64,000 nucleotides of DNA, taken from contig CAVRBU010000011.1 of NCBI GenBank assembly GCA_963719315.1, positions 1 to 64,000 on the forward strand, given 5' to 3'. Numbering within the stretch: the first letter of the stretch is position 1; every line of letters starts with the position of its first letter. A program made the translations under genes and the position numbers. This document shows positions 30,381-41,109 of the stretch, in pieces. The DNA is from an uncultured Planctomycetota bacterium. GTDB lineage: Bacteria; Planctomycetota; Planctomycetia; Pirellulales; Lacipirellulaceae. Below the pieces are notes generated by a model that worked only from the letters and a program-made list of their open reading frames with translations, was not told the DNA's origin and did not search any database.

Positions 30381-31962
30381 TCAGGGCCGATCCCTGGTCT
30401 CCTTGGATTCGGTTGTGTGGACTCCTAATCGAGCAAGCACGGCGGGCATCAGCTCGCCAATGGCGATGGCGCCTCGACGACGCTTGGTCTGTTGCTCCAA
30501 GACCGCGGCGACTACTTGCGCCTCGTGGCAACGCGTATTGTACGGCAGCTGGGAGACGGCGGCGTGCAAGTCTTCCATCACGCATTCCAGCGGCGTCTCA
30601 TGGTCGTGATGAAAATGCCGCAGTTTCTCCAGAATCGAATCCGGCTCTTGGAAACAGGGGTGCCTCATCGGCTGGTCTCCAGCCACACACGCCAGCACCA
30701 GGCGGCTGAAGCGTTTGGCGATCTTGACGCGGCTGGCGCTTATCAATGCCGCGAGATTGATCCAGTTCGGCTTGGCCACGGTAGTAACTACAGTGGCAGG
30801 CCAAGCAGTCGGCGATCCGCATCAGCACGCACCGCAATCGGCGATTGGCCTGGCGGATGATTGGACCACTGGCATTGTCCGTTTGATCGCTTTGATGACG
30901 CGAGGGATAAAGGCCGCTGCGACCGGTGATGGCGTTGGCATTCGCGTAGCGATTGATCGGGCCCATTTCGCCAGCCAACTCGGCTGCCGAAACCACATTG
31001 ATGCCCGGGATGGCCAATAAACGAACATAGGGCGTCCGCGTAAGATCACCAGCAAGCCGTTGCTCCAAGGCCAAGATTTTGCCGCGAAAATGCTGATAAA
31101 GCTCGTAGAGGTCGGTCCAGATCGCATGGTGCAAAGGGCCGTCTTGGATGTGGAGCTTCGTCGCCTCCGCGGCCCAGGTCAGAACTCGCTCGATTGTTCG
31201 CGTCTGGTAGCGAATCTTGTTGTCCTGCAGATACTGACGTAGACCGCCGTGCGCCAACTGGAGCAACATGGCGGGCGAGTCACCTCGGCGTGCAATGGCC
31301 AAGGGCGTGAGGCGATCGAAGAGGCGGTCGAACAGGTCGGCGTAGCCGGGCATTGCCAGATGGAGGTGATCGCGGATCTGGCAAGCGAGCGCCGCTGACT
31401 TTTCGACCAGGTTGCGACGATGCCGGGCCCTCAGCTGCAGCTGGCGATAGGGTGGCTCCAGCTCGAACTCACAGAGACCGAATCCGGCCACAGCCGCTCG
31501 GTGTTGCGCATACAGGTCCGTTTCGTCGGTCTTGTTGCCCGGATCCGCTGGCATGCGATACTGTTTCGTCGCAAAAGGATGGACTACCCGCGTATCGAAT
31601 CCAGCTTGGGCGAATGCACGTTTCACAGGCAGGTAGTAGTTGCCCGTTCGTTCCACGACGACAATCGTGTCTTGAATGTGATGCTCCTGTTGGGCTTGGC
31701 GAATCTGCTCCATGGCCAACTTGAAACAGGGCGCTTGATGCTGGAGCGTCTGAGGTTCGATGAACAGGTTCCCGAAGTAATCGGCCATCATCCACTCGGA
31801 TCGGTGTTTGGCCGGATCAACACACACGATCGCAAAACGCTCACCGCCCACCTTCTGGACGCGGGGACCAATGACGCCATTGGGTTTTTGGAGCGATTGC
31901 CGCCGCGGACGTGACTTCGGCGTACCGTGCCGCCGACGATTGGAACCGAGCATTGAGGCCAT
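30381..31962 (-). CDS. IS110 recombinase copy 1 (2-bp GC deletion near 30738 relative to copy 2)
   Basis: VDPAK, VERTG, KTDETD, SGLYPSRHQS; same protein as 44005-45588 apart from the frameshift. Confidence 0.9.
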
Positions 31963-32089
31963 TTGGATTCTCCTTCATCGGGAAAAGAGGGCGTTGTTCC
32001 CATCCTTATCCCCAAAGCAAATCCAAGCCGACTCCCACCAGAAGAGGGATTTATTCTTATAGAAGCGTCATACCTGGGCGTGTCCTTAG

Positions 32090-32330
32090 TTGTCCAGTCG
32101 AGCTAATTCCCTGCTCGTCAAGCCGCGAATCACCGGCACGCGCATCCCTGTCGCGCTGGTGTTGGGTTATCTCGCATCGGGCGCCGGTGCGGACGACATT
32201 CGCGCGGAGTTTCCCGATCTTCGGCCGGAACGCATCAGCGCTTGCTTGAATTACGCCCGCGAGCTGGCTGAATTCGAGGTCGCCACGACGTGAAGCTCTT
32301 GCTCGACCACTGCGTGCCCAACCGCGTGGA
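32090..32330 (+). pseudogene. DUF433 antitoxin-like fragment plus the start of a DUF5615 PIN gene (repeat 'D' copy 1)
   Basis: KPRITGTRIPVALVLGYLASG...EFPDL...ACLNYA, then GTG-KLLLDHCVP, truncated; paralog at 47750-48004. Confidence 0.8.
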
Positions 32331-32691
32331 CGCCGGGTGGCAAGTATGGATTCAGCGGACGCTTACCGGGCTCGACGTTCGATGGGACTTTGATAGGTGA
32401 CATAAGTTTAGACGCACCGCCGGTCGAAGAATCGTCGGCAAAGGGACTTACGGCGACGAGTGCCGCCAAACGAACGGTCGTGACAAAGGTTTTCTGAGGC
32501 ACGACAACTGACACAGATAAAAGTAAGGCAACTAGCAGCCAGTGGGCAAACTCAGAGTTTATGAGAAGTTTGCGGGTTTCACACCGAATGGTGGTGAATA
32601 TCATAGCGAACGGTTCTAATATCAATGAACAACTGTCAGTACGAGCGGCGACGCCAGGTTTACGGTGGCGTAATCTAACCAAAGGATTCGC

Positions 32692-35600
32692 ATGAAGAAG
32701 AATCGAAGCTTACGCGTTGAGCAACTCGAGAATCGCTTGCTTTTGACTGGCGACACTTACTTGATCAACTTTCAAGCTGCGGGCGCACTTGTCCCAACTC
32801 GATACGCTCCTGACACGGGTGAGGTGTTTGGATTGCGGAGCAATGGTTGGTCGTACGGATGGTCGAGCGATCACACAACTGTGGCCCGTGATCGTGGCGT
32901 GCAGGCCGATCAGAGATTGGACACATTAATTCATTTTCATCAAGGACAATCTTGGGAGTTAGCTCTACCCAACGGGCTGTACGAAGTGACGGCAGCCGTC
33001 GGTGACCCATCGATTTCCAGCACCTACACATTGAATGTGGAAGGAGTGAACTACTGGAATGCCACGTCCTTGGTTGCGGGCGATTTCCGCACCAAGACTC
33101 TGCAGGTCACAGTGAACGACGGGCGGCTGACGTTGAAGCAGGGCGCTGCTGCAGAGATGGCAACGCGGATCGATTATATCCACGTTGTCGGTTTGCCGAG
33201 CAGTCCGAATGCAAGCCCGGCCACGCCAACGATTACGGAACCGACGGAGGAAGGCAAAATTGTGAACCCGGCGGACGTTCATATGGAGGCGGTGAACTTC
33301 TCGGACCCGGACGGGAACAATCATTTGTCGACCGACTGGGAAATCTGGACAGTCGGCGATACTCCTCAACGCGTTTGGCAAACGCTCGGCATCACAGGTG
33401 TCGAGAAGTTGCACACACATTTGGGTGACGGCATCTTTGAAAATTCGCACGCAGGCCGTACCGACTTGATTTCCGAGACCGTTCCCAACACTAATTTCAA
33501 CTCCTACAGCCTGGTTATTCCGGGAGTTACGGCCGGGAACCATCTGACGATCGTTGCCGAAATGATCGACGCCACCGGGGGCAGCGGAAGTGACCTCTCG
33601 GCAATGGTGGATGCGTTCACGCTGACCTCGCCCACAAATCAGAACTTGATGAACGACGGAGGCTTTGAACTAGCAGCTTCAGGCACACAGACAAGCAACA
33701 GCAGTTGGGTGATGACAGCCCAATCGGACGGAGTTGAACCTGTTGCACAGTTTCAGTCGGCGACATGGGCCGCAAGTGCCGGGAACAAAGGAGTTTGGTT
33801 CAAAGGCTTTCGAGGAACCGTGGCGAACCCCGTCGATGCGCACGTCACACAAGTCGTAACTGCCTCGGCTTCGGGCGACTACACATTAAGATTTGATGCC
33901 AAGGTCGAAGCAAATTTTGCCTCAGTCGCCGGAGCTTTTCGTATCACGATTACCTCCGATGGCACCGGCGGATCGCAGACAATCGACTTGTTGGAGCCCC
34001 CAGAATACGAACTGCGTGTGCGATATCGTGACGATGCGGGTTCGGTCAGTAATTATGCAACGCGCAGGTTTCGAGTCGGGGCCGCCACGACCGTGTTTCC
34101 ACTGGAGCTGGAAGATATAGCGTCGTCGCCTGCTCCAACTTGGATCGACTCCGCTGGCCATCTGGTAATCTTGCCCCAAGCGAGCACCCTTCAACCGCAA
34201 TTGCGCCTTGAAGGGAATACAGGCTCGCTATTGCTGTCGATCACAGCCGTCGATGGCAGCAGCAATAACGTGCTGAATCCGCCGGCTCTCAACGACCATG
34301 TGAATCTCCGAGTCGTGGTCACGGGCGGATCGAACGGGCTTCACGTGGGGAAGTCTGACCTTGTTTTCTTTGACGATCATGGCCAGCAATGGAAGGTCTT
34401 TTTGCCGGCGATTGATCTAGCCGCTAACCAGAGGCTCGACCTTTGGGTTGCGGCAAGCGGCTCAACCTATTTTGGTTCGGCGGCACAAACGGAACCGGTC
34501 TTCACCAATCTTGCACGGGAAGCTGACTTGCCGATTCCGTTCATTGTGACGGAGCCGGGATATGTGATAGAAGAAGTAGCTGGCGGATTGCAACTGCCGG
34601 TCAATGTCGCGTTTGTGCCCAATCCCGGAAATGCGCCCAATGACCCGCTGTTCTATATCAATGAGCTGTATGGAACGATCAAAGTCGTTACGAATGACTT
34701 GACGGTCAGCGACTACGCAACCGGCCTGTTGAATTTCGATCCGACCGGAGCCTTCCCCGGATCGGGCGAACAAGGGTTGGCCGGACTCGTCGTTGATCCG
34801 CTCAGCGGAGACTTATTCGTGACGCGCGCAACCGACACGGACGGTCTTCCCGGCGGGGATCACCATCCACAAGTCATTCGCTTACACAGCAACAACGGCG
34901 GGCGAACCGCAGCGAGCGTCACGGTCATTCTTGACATGGTCGGCGAGACTCAGGGACAGTCGCATCAAATCTCCAATGCGACGATCGGACCAGACGGGAA
35001 ACTTTATATCCACAATGGCGACGGTTTCGATTCGAGTACTGCTCTCAATCTCAATTCCTATCGAGGGAAAATCTTGCGGATGAATCTCGACGGGACTGCC
35101 CCAACCGACAATCCTTTCTACAACGCCGGTGACGGCATCGATTCCCGGGACTATATCTACGCATACGGTTTTCGCAATCCATTTGGCGGGGCGTGGCGTG
35201 CGAGCGACGGCAAGCAGTATGAAGTCGAAAATGGCAACGCATTGGACCGATTGGCCCGCGTCGACCCCGGCGGCAATTACGATTGGAATGGCTCTGATGC
35301 TTCGCTCCTGCCCGACGCCCGCTATGTATGGAATCCGGCTCACGCGCCGGTGAACATTGCTTTTGTACAGTCGGCAACGTTTGGCGGCAGCCAGTTCCCT
35401 ACTTCGAAGTTCGATCATGCGTTCGTCAGTGAATCGGGACCTACATACGCCCTCGGACAACAACTCAACGGGAAACGGATTTCAGAGTTCGAACTCGATG
35501 CCAACGGAAACGTGATTGGTTCGCCGACGACTTTCGTCGAATACGTTGGAACGGGACGAGCATCAGTAGTTGGCTTGGCCGCGGGGCCGGACGGTTTGTA

Positions 35601-36297
35601 TTTCACCGAACTCTACAAAGACCAAAACGTTGTAACGCCAATTGACGCCGGCGCAAGAGTGTTTCGTGTGCGTTTTGCCCCCGCCGGCAACGGCGATTTC
35701 AATGGCGATGGATTCGTTAACGGCGCCGATTTCATAGTTTGGCGGAAGACCCTCGGAGCGACCGGCCTGCTGCCTTATTCCGGCGCCGATGGCGATGGCG
35801 ACGGCAGCATCGACCAAAACGATTACGACGTGTGGCGAGCGCATTTCGGCGAAATGCTCTCGTCGCCTAGTACAGGAAGCGGCGTGAGTAACGTGACGGA
35901 ATCGACAGCTTTACTTGCTCCTCAGGATCGATTTGAAACAACCTCACCGCTCTTGTCCGTCAATGAACCAAACCAAAACGGATTGTCACGTGGTACGAGC
36001 GGGGCAGAGCAAATAGCGAGTACGCGCAACTACCTTTCTCCTTTTCTTGCTTTGGCTAATTCGCGCCCCGCGAATTCCCGAACAGTCGATCACCGTCCAC
36101 TCGACGTGCGTCGGAAATTGACTGTGAGCCGGAATGAAGATGCACTACTGGCGTGGGTGGCCTCACAAAACGATCCCAGGGAGCATTTTGATGACACGAG
36201 CGTCGCCGAGACGTGGTCGAGGGATGACATCCAGAGCGTGAACAACGTCCACATCGACTCTGTAGAGCAGGTGTTTGCACAACTGGACACCACCTAA
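32692..36297 (+). CDS. Large secreted protein: planctomycete extracellular signal, carbohydrate-binding-like domains, PQQ-dependent glucose/sorbosone dehydrogenase propeller, dockerin-like domain
   Basis: RSLRVEQLENRLLL; GEQGLAG, GPDGKLY, GKILRMNLDG...DNPF, YGFRNPF; GDFNGDGFVNGADF. Confidence 0.85.
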   Translation: MKKNRSLRVEQLENRLLLTGDTYLINFQAAGALVPTRYAPDTGEVFGLRSNGWSYGWSSDHTTVARDRGVQADQRLDTLIHFHQGQSWELALPNGLYEVTAAVGDPSISSTYTLNVEGVNYWNATSLVAGDFRTKTLQVTVNDGRLTLKQGAAAEMATRIDYIHVVGLPSSPNASPATPTITEPTEEGKIVNPADVHMEAVNFSDPDGNNHLSTDWEIWTVGDTPQRVWQTLGITGVEKLHTHLGDGIFENSHAGRTDLISETVPNTNFNSYSLVIPGVTAGNHLTIVAEMIDATGGSGSDLSAMVDAFTLTSPTNQNLMNDGGFELAASGTQTSNSSWVMTAQSDGVEPVAQFQSATWAASAGNKGVWFKGFRGTVANPVDAHVTQVVTASASGDYTLRFDAKVEANFASVAGAFRITITSDGTGGSQTIDLLEPPEYELRVRYRDDAGSVSNYATRRFRVGAATTVFPLELEDIASSPAPTWIDSAGHLVILPQASTLQPQLRLEGNTGSLLLSITAVDGSSNNVLNPPALNDHVNLRVVVTGGSNGLHVGKSDLVFFDDHGQQWKVFLPAIDLAANQRLDLWVAASGSTYFGSAAQTEPVFTNLAREADLPIPFIVTEPGYVIEEVAGGLQLPVNVAFVPNPGNAPNDPLFYINELYGTIKVVTNDLTVSDYATGLLNFDPTGAFPGSGEQGLAGLVVDPLSGDLFVTRATDTDGLPGGDHHPQVIRLHSNNGGRTAASVTVILDMVGETQGQSHQISNATIGPDGKLYIHNGDGFDSSTALNLNSYRGKILRMNLDGTAPTDNPFYNAGDGIDSRDYIYAYGFRNPFGGAWRASDGKQYEVENGNALDRLARVDPGGNYDWNGSDASLLPDARYVWNPAHAPVNIAFVQSATFGGSQFPTSKFDHAFVSESGPTYALGQQLNGKRISEFELDANGNVIGSPTTFVEYVGTGRASVVGLAAGPDGLYFTELYKDQNVVTPIDAGARVFRVRFAPAGNGDFNGDGFVNGADFIVWRKTLGATGLLPYSGADGDGDGSIDQNDYDVWRAHFGEMLSSPSTGSGVSNVTESTALLAPQDRFETTSPLLSVNEPNQNGLSRGTSGAEQIASTRNYLSPFLALANSRPANSRTVDHRPLDVRRKLTVSRNEDALLAWVASQNDPREHFDDTSVAETWSRDDIQSVNNVHIDSVEQVFAQLDTT

Positions 36298-36544
36298 GTT
36301 CGATACCTTCTCGCTCAGGCCTCAGTCCCAGAGACGGCGTCCATAGTGCTACTGAAGATCGCAGCGGGTGGCTGTCGTCGGCGTCGGGCTGGGCGGCATA
36401 ACACGTGCCATCAAGCCGTGGCGACAGCCTGAACGCGAGACACATCAAGAAAGGACCGATTTAGAAACGGTTCCGAGAGCGACGATCGCCCAATGCGAAA
36501 ACCGGACCGAAAAAGGTTCCAGGAACCATCACTGGGGCGTGTAG

Positions 36545-36655
36545 CCAGGGGCGCAGCCCCTGGAAGGGCAGATCAATCAGTGTGAGAAGCTCCCGAAGGG
36601 GCGACATTGGGTTCGTTGCCGAATATCGATTTCTATGTCGCCCCTTCGGGGCTTC
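36545..36655. repeat. REP-like palindromes (CCAGGGGCGCAGCCCCTGG; CCCGAAGGGGCGACA...TGTCGCCCCTTCGGG)
   Basis: Inverted repeats visible directly in the sequence. Confidence 0.75.
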
Positions 36656-36658
36656 CCA

Positions 36659-37151
36659 CGCCGGGTGCCACTCGCCGCGGCGAGTGCTCCCCTTGCCAAA
36701 CCCTTGCGGCCCACAGCTTGATTCCAGTTCTCTAGCAACTTGAGCAACGGACCACGGGCGGCAGTGATTCGATTCTTCGATAGGAAGTGGTCGAGTGCAA
36801 GCTGGTACTTGGTCAACTCACCCGGAAAACAATTCGCGGACCTTCCCTTCATTTACGCACCTGCCAGTTGGAGCACTCGACCGATGAATGATCCACAACA
36901 AGCACTCGCCGCGGCGAGTGGCACCCGGCGAGTGGCGCACGTAAGTTGACCGGGCAGCGAATGGATCGGTTACTGCATCTGGGTGCTACCCACGGTTCGC
37001 GGAGCCTTTTTCGAACGTGGACCCAAAGGATTCTTGAGGCAGTAGGAACAAACGGAATTCTAACGTATCGGACGGTCGGCAGACTCCGCTTGGACGCAGC
37101 ATCGGCTTTCTGCATGAGCACGCTCGACGCACCGTTCAGTCCAACCGGCGG
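36659..37151. repeat. Repeat 'A' copy 2
   Basis: Near-identical to 26531-27023. Confidence 0.92.
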
Positions 37152-37419
37152 CCGCAGCACCCGATTTTGGACGCCAATGTCGTTTCGTCCTTTTGCCCGT
37201 ATGAGGATTGCGCACAAAACATTGGATCCGTTTGGTTGGTTTGACGTAGCACGTCTGTCGCAAAAGGTAGGCATGTAGATAGCTTGCGACGCAATACCAG
37301 TGAGAGTAGTTTGTTGCGTGAGGCTACAAATTGGTACAATTCGGTCAGTGGACGCGAAGTAAAGTACAAACGCGCTGTATCGCAGCCAATATATCTGTAT
37401 CTGAGAGCGAAATGTTTAG

Positions 37420-38622
37420 GATATGGATTTGCGCCTCCCCACGTTATCGTTCTGAACGGTGGATCATCGAGTATCAAGTTCGCTGTATTTTCTTCGAACA
37501 CGCCGCTGATATGCAGCCTTTCAGGATTTGTGGAACACATTGGATCCGATTCAGCATCGCTTGTAGCCCAAACCGCCGATGATGCTCGCGTCGTTCAAAA
37601 TGCAATCCAGGCCGATAGTTACGAGAAATCCGGCGAGAGGTTGGCGGATTGGCTGATCGCGGAAGTCGGCCAAGAATCGTCGATTCATTCAATTGGGCAT
37701 CGAGTGGTCCACGGCGGGCTGCATTTGCTGGAGCACCAAATCGTGACCGCCGAGTTGTTGGACGAACTTCGTCGCGCTCAATTCCTGGATCTGGCCCATC
37801 TGCCTCGCGAAATTGAACTGATTGAAGTCTTTCGACGGCGCTATCCGATGGCGTCACACGTAGCCTGTTTCGACACCGTCTTTTTTCGAGACCTGCCGCG
37901 TTTGGCCCAGCTGCTGCCGATTCCTCGCAAGTACGATCGCGCCGGCATTCGACGGCTTGGATTCCATGGGCTGTCGTATACGTACCTGCTCTCCAAGCTG
38001 GCGACGATCGCACCTGGGGAATCCAAGGGCCGGGTGATCCTGGCCCACTTGGGGTCCGGCGAGCATGGCAGCGGTCCGAGATGGTCGGCCCATCGATACA
38101 AGCATGGCATTCACGCCCACCGCGGGGCTGGTCATGGGCACGCGTCCGGGCGACCTCGATCCAGGATTGTTAGTTCACCTTGCGCACGTTGAGAATTCGA
38201 CGGCGGATGAACTGGACGATCTGGTCAACCGACGGTGCGGTCTCGTCGGGATCTCCGAGACAACGTCCGACATGCGTGACTTGATCGGCCGACGTGATGC
38301 GGACCCGCGAGCCGAGGAGGCCGTTGGGATGTTTTGCTATCACGCCAAGAAGTTCATTGGCGCGTATGCTGCGGCGCTGGGCGGTTTGGAAGCGTTGGTC
38401 TTCTCAGGTGGCATCGGCGAGCGCTCGGCGGATGTGCGGGCGGAAATCTGCGAAGGATTGGAATTCCTTGGAATCCACCTCGACCCACGACTCAATGCCG
38501 CATCCGCGGGCGTCATTTCGGCCGAGGATTCGAGAGTCCGCGTGCGCGTCATTCCCACAGATGAAGAATCCGTGATTGCCGAGATCACGCACCGGCTAGT
38601 GAACGACGGGAAAACTGCGTAG
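37420..38622 (+). CDS. ackA: Acetate kinase, frameshifted near 38060; start uncertain
   Basis: LNGGSSSIKF, GHRVVHGG, CFDT, GFHGLSY, HLGSG, GLVMGTRPGD, FSGGIGE, IPTDEE. Confidence 0.92.
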
Positions 38623-38709
38623 TATTGGAGGCGACCACTATGTCCGGCTATTGGCGCGGGATATCTCACGGATCGGGTCGTTGGCCGGCGCCGCGAAGCC
38701 ATTGACGCA

Positions 38710-41109
38710 ATGGAGACCAGCATGAGCACTGTGCGTATTAATCCGGACACTACCAACGTCCTGTCGCCAGATGAGCTGGAGAAAACCGACGCGTATTGGC
38801 GCACCGCCAATTATCTGTCGGTCGGACAGATCTATTTGCGCGACAATCCGTTGTTGCGCAAGCCACTGGAGATTGCGCATATCAAGCACATGCTGTTGGG
38901 GCATTGGGGCACGACTCCCGGCCAAAACTTCATTTACGTTCATCTGAACCGCGTGATTGAGAAGCACGACCTGAACATGATCTATGTTTCGGGCCCCGGC
39001 CACGGCGGTCCAGCGCTGGTCGGCAACACGTATTTGGAAGGCACGTACAGCGAGATCTACCCGAATATTACGCAAGATGAAGCGGGCCTTAGAAAACTCT
39101 TCACCCAGTTTTCGTTCCCTGGTGGAATTCCGAGTCACGTATCGCCCGAATGTCCTGGTTCGATTCACGAAGGGGGTGAACTGGGCTACTCTCTCAGTCA
39201 TTCCTTCGGTGCCGTTTTGGATAATCCGGAGCTGATCGTCGCATGCGTTGTCGGCGACGGCGAAGCGGAGACCGGCCCCCTAGCGACTGCCTGGCATTCG
39301 AACAAGTTTCTCAACCCAGCCACCGACGGCGCAGTATTGCCCATCTTGCATCTCAACGGTTACAAGATCGCCAATCCAACGATTCTCGCTCGCATTCCGT
39401 CCGGAGAGCTGCAAAAGTTATTGGAAGGCTTTGGATGGAAGCCGTATTTCGTCGAAGGCCACGAGCCGGAGAAAATGCACCAGTCGATGGCTGCGACGCT
39501 GGACCTCGTCATCGCACAGATTCATCGAATTCAAAACGACGCGCGTGGCAACGAGACAACAGCGCCACCATCGTGGCCGATGATTGTGTTGAGAAGTCCC
39601 AAGGGTTGGACCGGGCCAAAAGAAGTCGACGGATTGCCAGTCGAGGGCACGTTTCGCGCGCACCAGGTTCCCTTGTCGGACCCGACCAAGAATCCGAAGC
39701 ATCTGGCGCAGTTGGAAGAGTGGCTGGTAAGTTACCGACCGTGGGAGTTGTTTGACGATAATGGCGGGTTCAAGCGCGAACTTTCCGAATTGGCGCCAGT
39801 TGGCGATCGGCGAATGAGCGCCAATCCACACGCCAACGGCGGCATGCTGCTGCGCGAGTTGCGAATGCCCGACTTCCGAGGGTACGCGGTGGACGTACCG
39901 TCGCCGGGAGCGGTGGAGGCGGAAGATACGCGCATTGTCGGCCGGTTCGTTCGCGACGTAATCAAGCTCAACGAAGATCAACGTAACTTTCGTGTCTTCG
40001 GCCCCGACGAAACAATCTCCAATCGGTTGACAGCCGTATTCGAAGCGACGGAGCGCCAGTGGGAAGGGGAGACCATCGAGATCGACGAATTCCTAGCTCG
40101 CGATGGCCGGGTGTTGGAAGTGCTCAGCGAGCATCAATGCGAAGGATGGCTGGAAGGCTATTTGCTGACCGGTAGGCACGGGCTATTCAATTGTTACGAA
40201 GCGTTTATCCACATCGTAGATTCGATGTTTAATCAGCACGCCAAGTGGCTGAAGGTGACGGCCGGGCTGCCGTGGCGGCGGAAGATCGCGTCGCTCAATT
40301 ACTTGTTGACGTCGCATGTGTGGCGGCAGGACCACAACGGCTTCACGCATCAGGATCCGGGCTTCATCAGTCACGTGACGAACAAGAAAGCGGGGGTGGC
40401 TCGCGTCTATCTTCCGCCGGATGCGAACTGTTTGCTGTCTGTGATGGACCACTGCCTGCGGAGCCGCCATTATGTGAACGTCATCGTGGCCGGCAAGCAT
40501 CCCGCCCCACAATGGCTCACGATGGATGCCGCGGTGAAACATTGCACCGAGGGGATTGGCATTTGGCAGTGGGCTAGCACCGACAAAGGCTCGGAGCCAG
40601 ACGTCGTCATGGCCTGTGCCGGCGACGTACCGACGCTCGAGACACTGGCGGCGGTCTCGATTCTTCGCGGCGCGTTTCCGGAACTCAAGATTCGCGTGGT
40701 CAATGTCGTGGACTTGATGAAGCTGCAACCGAATAGCGAACATCCTCATGGTTTGAGCGACGCGGACTTCGACTCACTGTTTACCGCCGACAAGCCGATC
40801 ATCTTTGCTTTTCATGCGTATCCGTGGCTGATCCACCGACTGACGTACCGTCGCACGAATCACCACAACATGCACGTGCGGGGCTACAAGGAAGAAGGAA
40901 CCATTACCACGTCTTTCGACATGCCTGTGCTGAACGAGATGGATCGCTTCCACCTGGTGATGGACGTGATCGACCGACTTCCGCAGCTACTCGGCCGGGG
41001 CGATTACCTGAAACAGGAGATGCGCGACAAGCTCGTAGCGCATAAGCAGTACATCCGTACCGAGGGGCGGGACATGCCGGAGATTCGTGATTGGAAATGG
41101 CACGGATGA
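38710..41109 (+). CDS. xfp: Xylulose-5-phosphate/fructose-6-phosphate phosphoketolase
   Basis: [44 protein letters not shown]. Confidence 0.96.
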   Translation: METSMSTVRINPDTTNVLSPDELEKTDAYWRTANYLSVGQIYLRDNPLLRKPLEIAHIKHMLLGHWGTTPGQNFIYVHLNRVIEKHDLNMIYVSGPGHGGPALVGNTYLEGTYSEIYPNITQDEAGLRKLFTQFSFPGGIPSHVSPECPGSIHEGGELGYSLSHSFGAVLDNPELIVACVVGDGEAETGPLATAWHSNKFLNPATDGAVLPILHLNGYKIANPTILARIPSGELQKLLEGFGWKPYFVEGHEPEKMHQSMAATLDLVIAQIHRIQNDARGNETTAPPSWPMIVLRSPKGWTGPKEVDGLPVEGTFRAHQVPLSDPTKNPKHLAQLEEWLVSYRPWELFDDNGGFKRELSELAPVGDRRMSANPHANGGMLLRELRMPDFRGYAVDVPSPGAVEAEDTRIVGRFVRDVIKLNEDQRNFRVFGPDETISNRLTAVFEATERQWEGETIEIDEFLARDGRVLEVLSEHQCEGWLEGYLLTGRHGLFNCYEAFIHIVDSMFNQHAKWLKVTAGLPWRRKIASLNYLLTSHVWRQDHNGFTHQDPGFISHVTNKKAGVARVYLPPDANCLLSVMDHCLRSRHYVNVIVAGKHPAPQWLTMDAAVKHCTEGIGIWQWASTDKGSEPDVVMACAGDVPTLETLAAVSILRGAFPELKIRVVNVVDLMKLQPNSEHPHGLSDADFDSLFTADKPIIFAFHAYPWLIHRLTYRRTNHHNMHVRGYKEEGTITTSFDMPVLNEMDRFHLVMDVIDRLPQLLGRGDYLKQEMRDKLVAHKQYIRTEGRDMPEIRDWKWHG

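Larger units (their letters stand above)
30100..32076 (-). mobile_element. IS110/IS1111-type element copy 1 (bounds include both core dinucleotides)
   Basis: Near-identical to 43724-45702; DEDD recombinase gene plus about 280 bp of 3' non-coding end. Confidence 0.92.
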
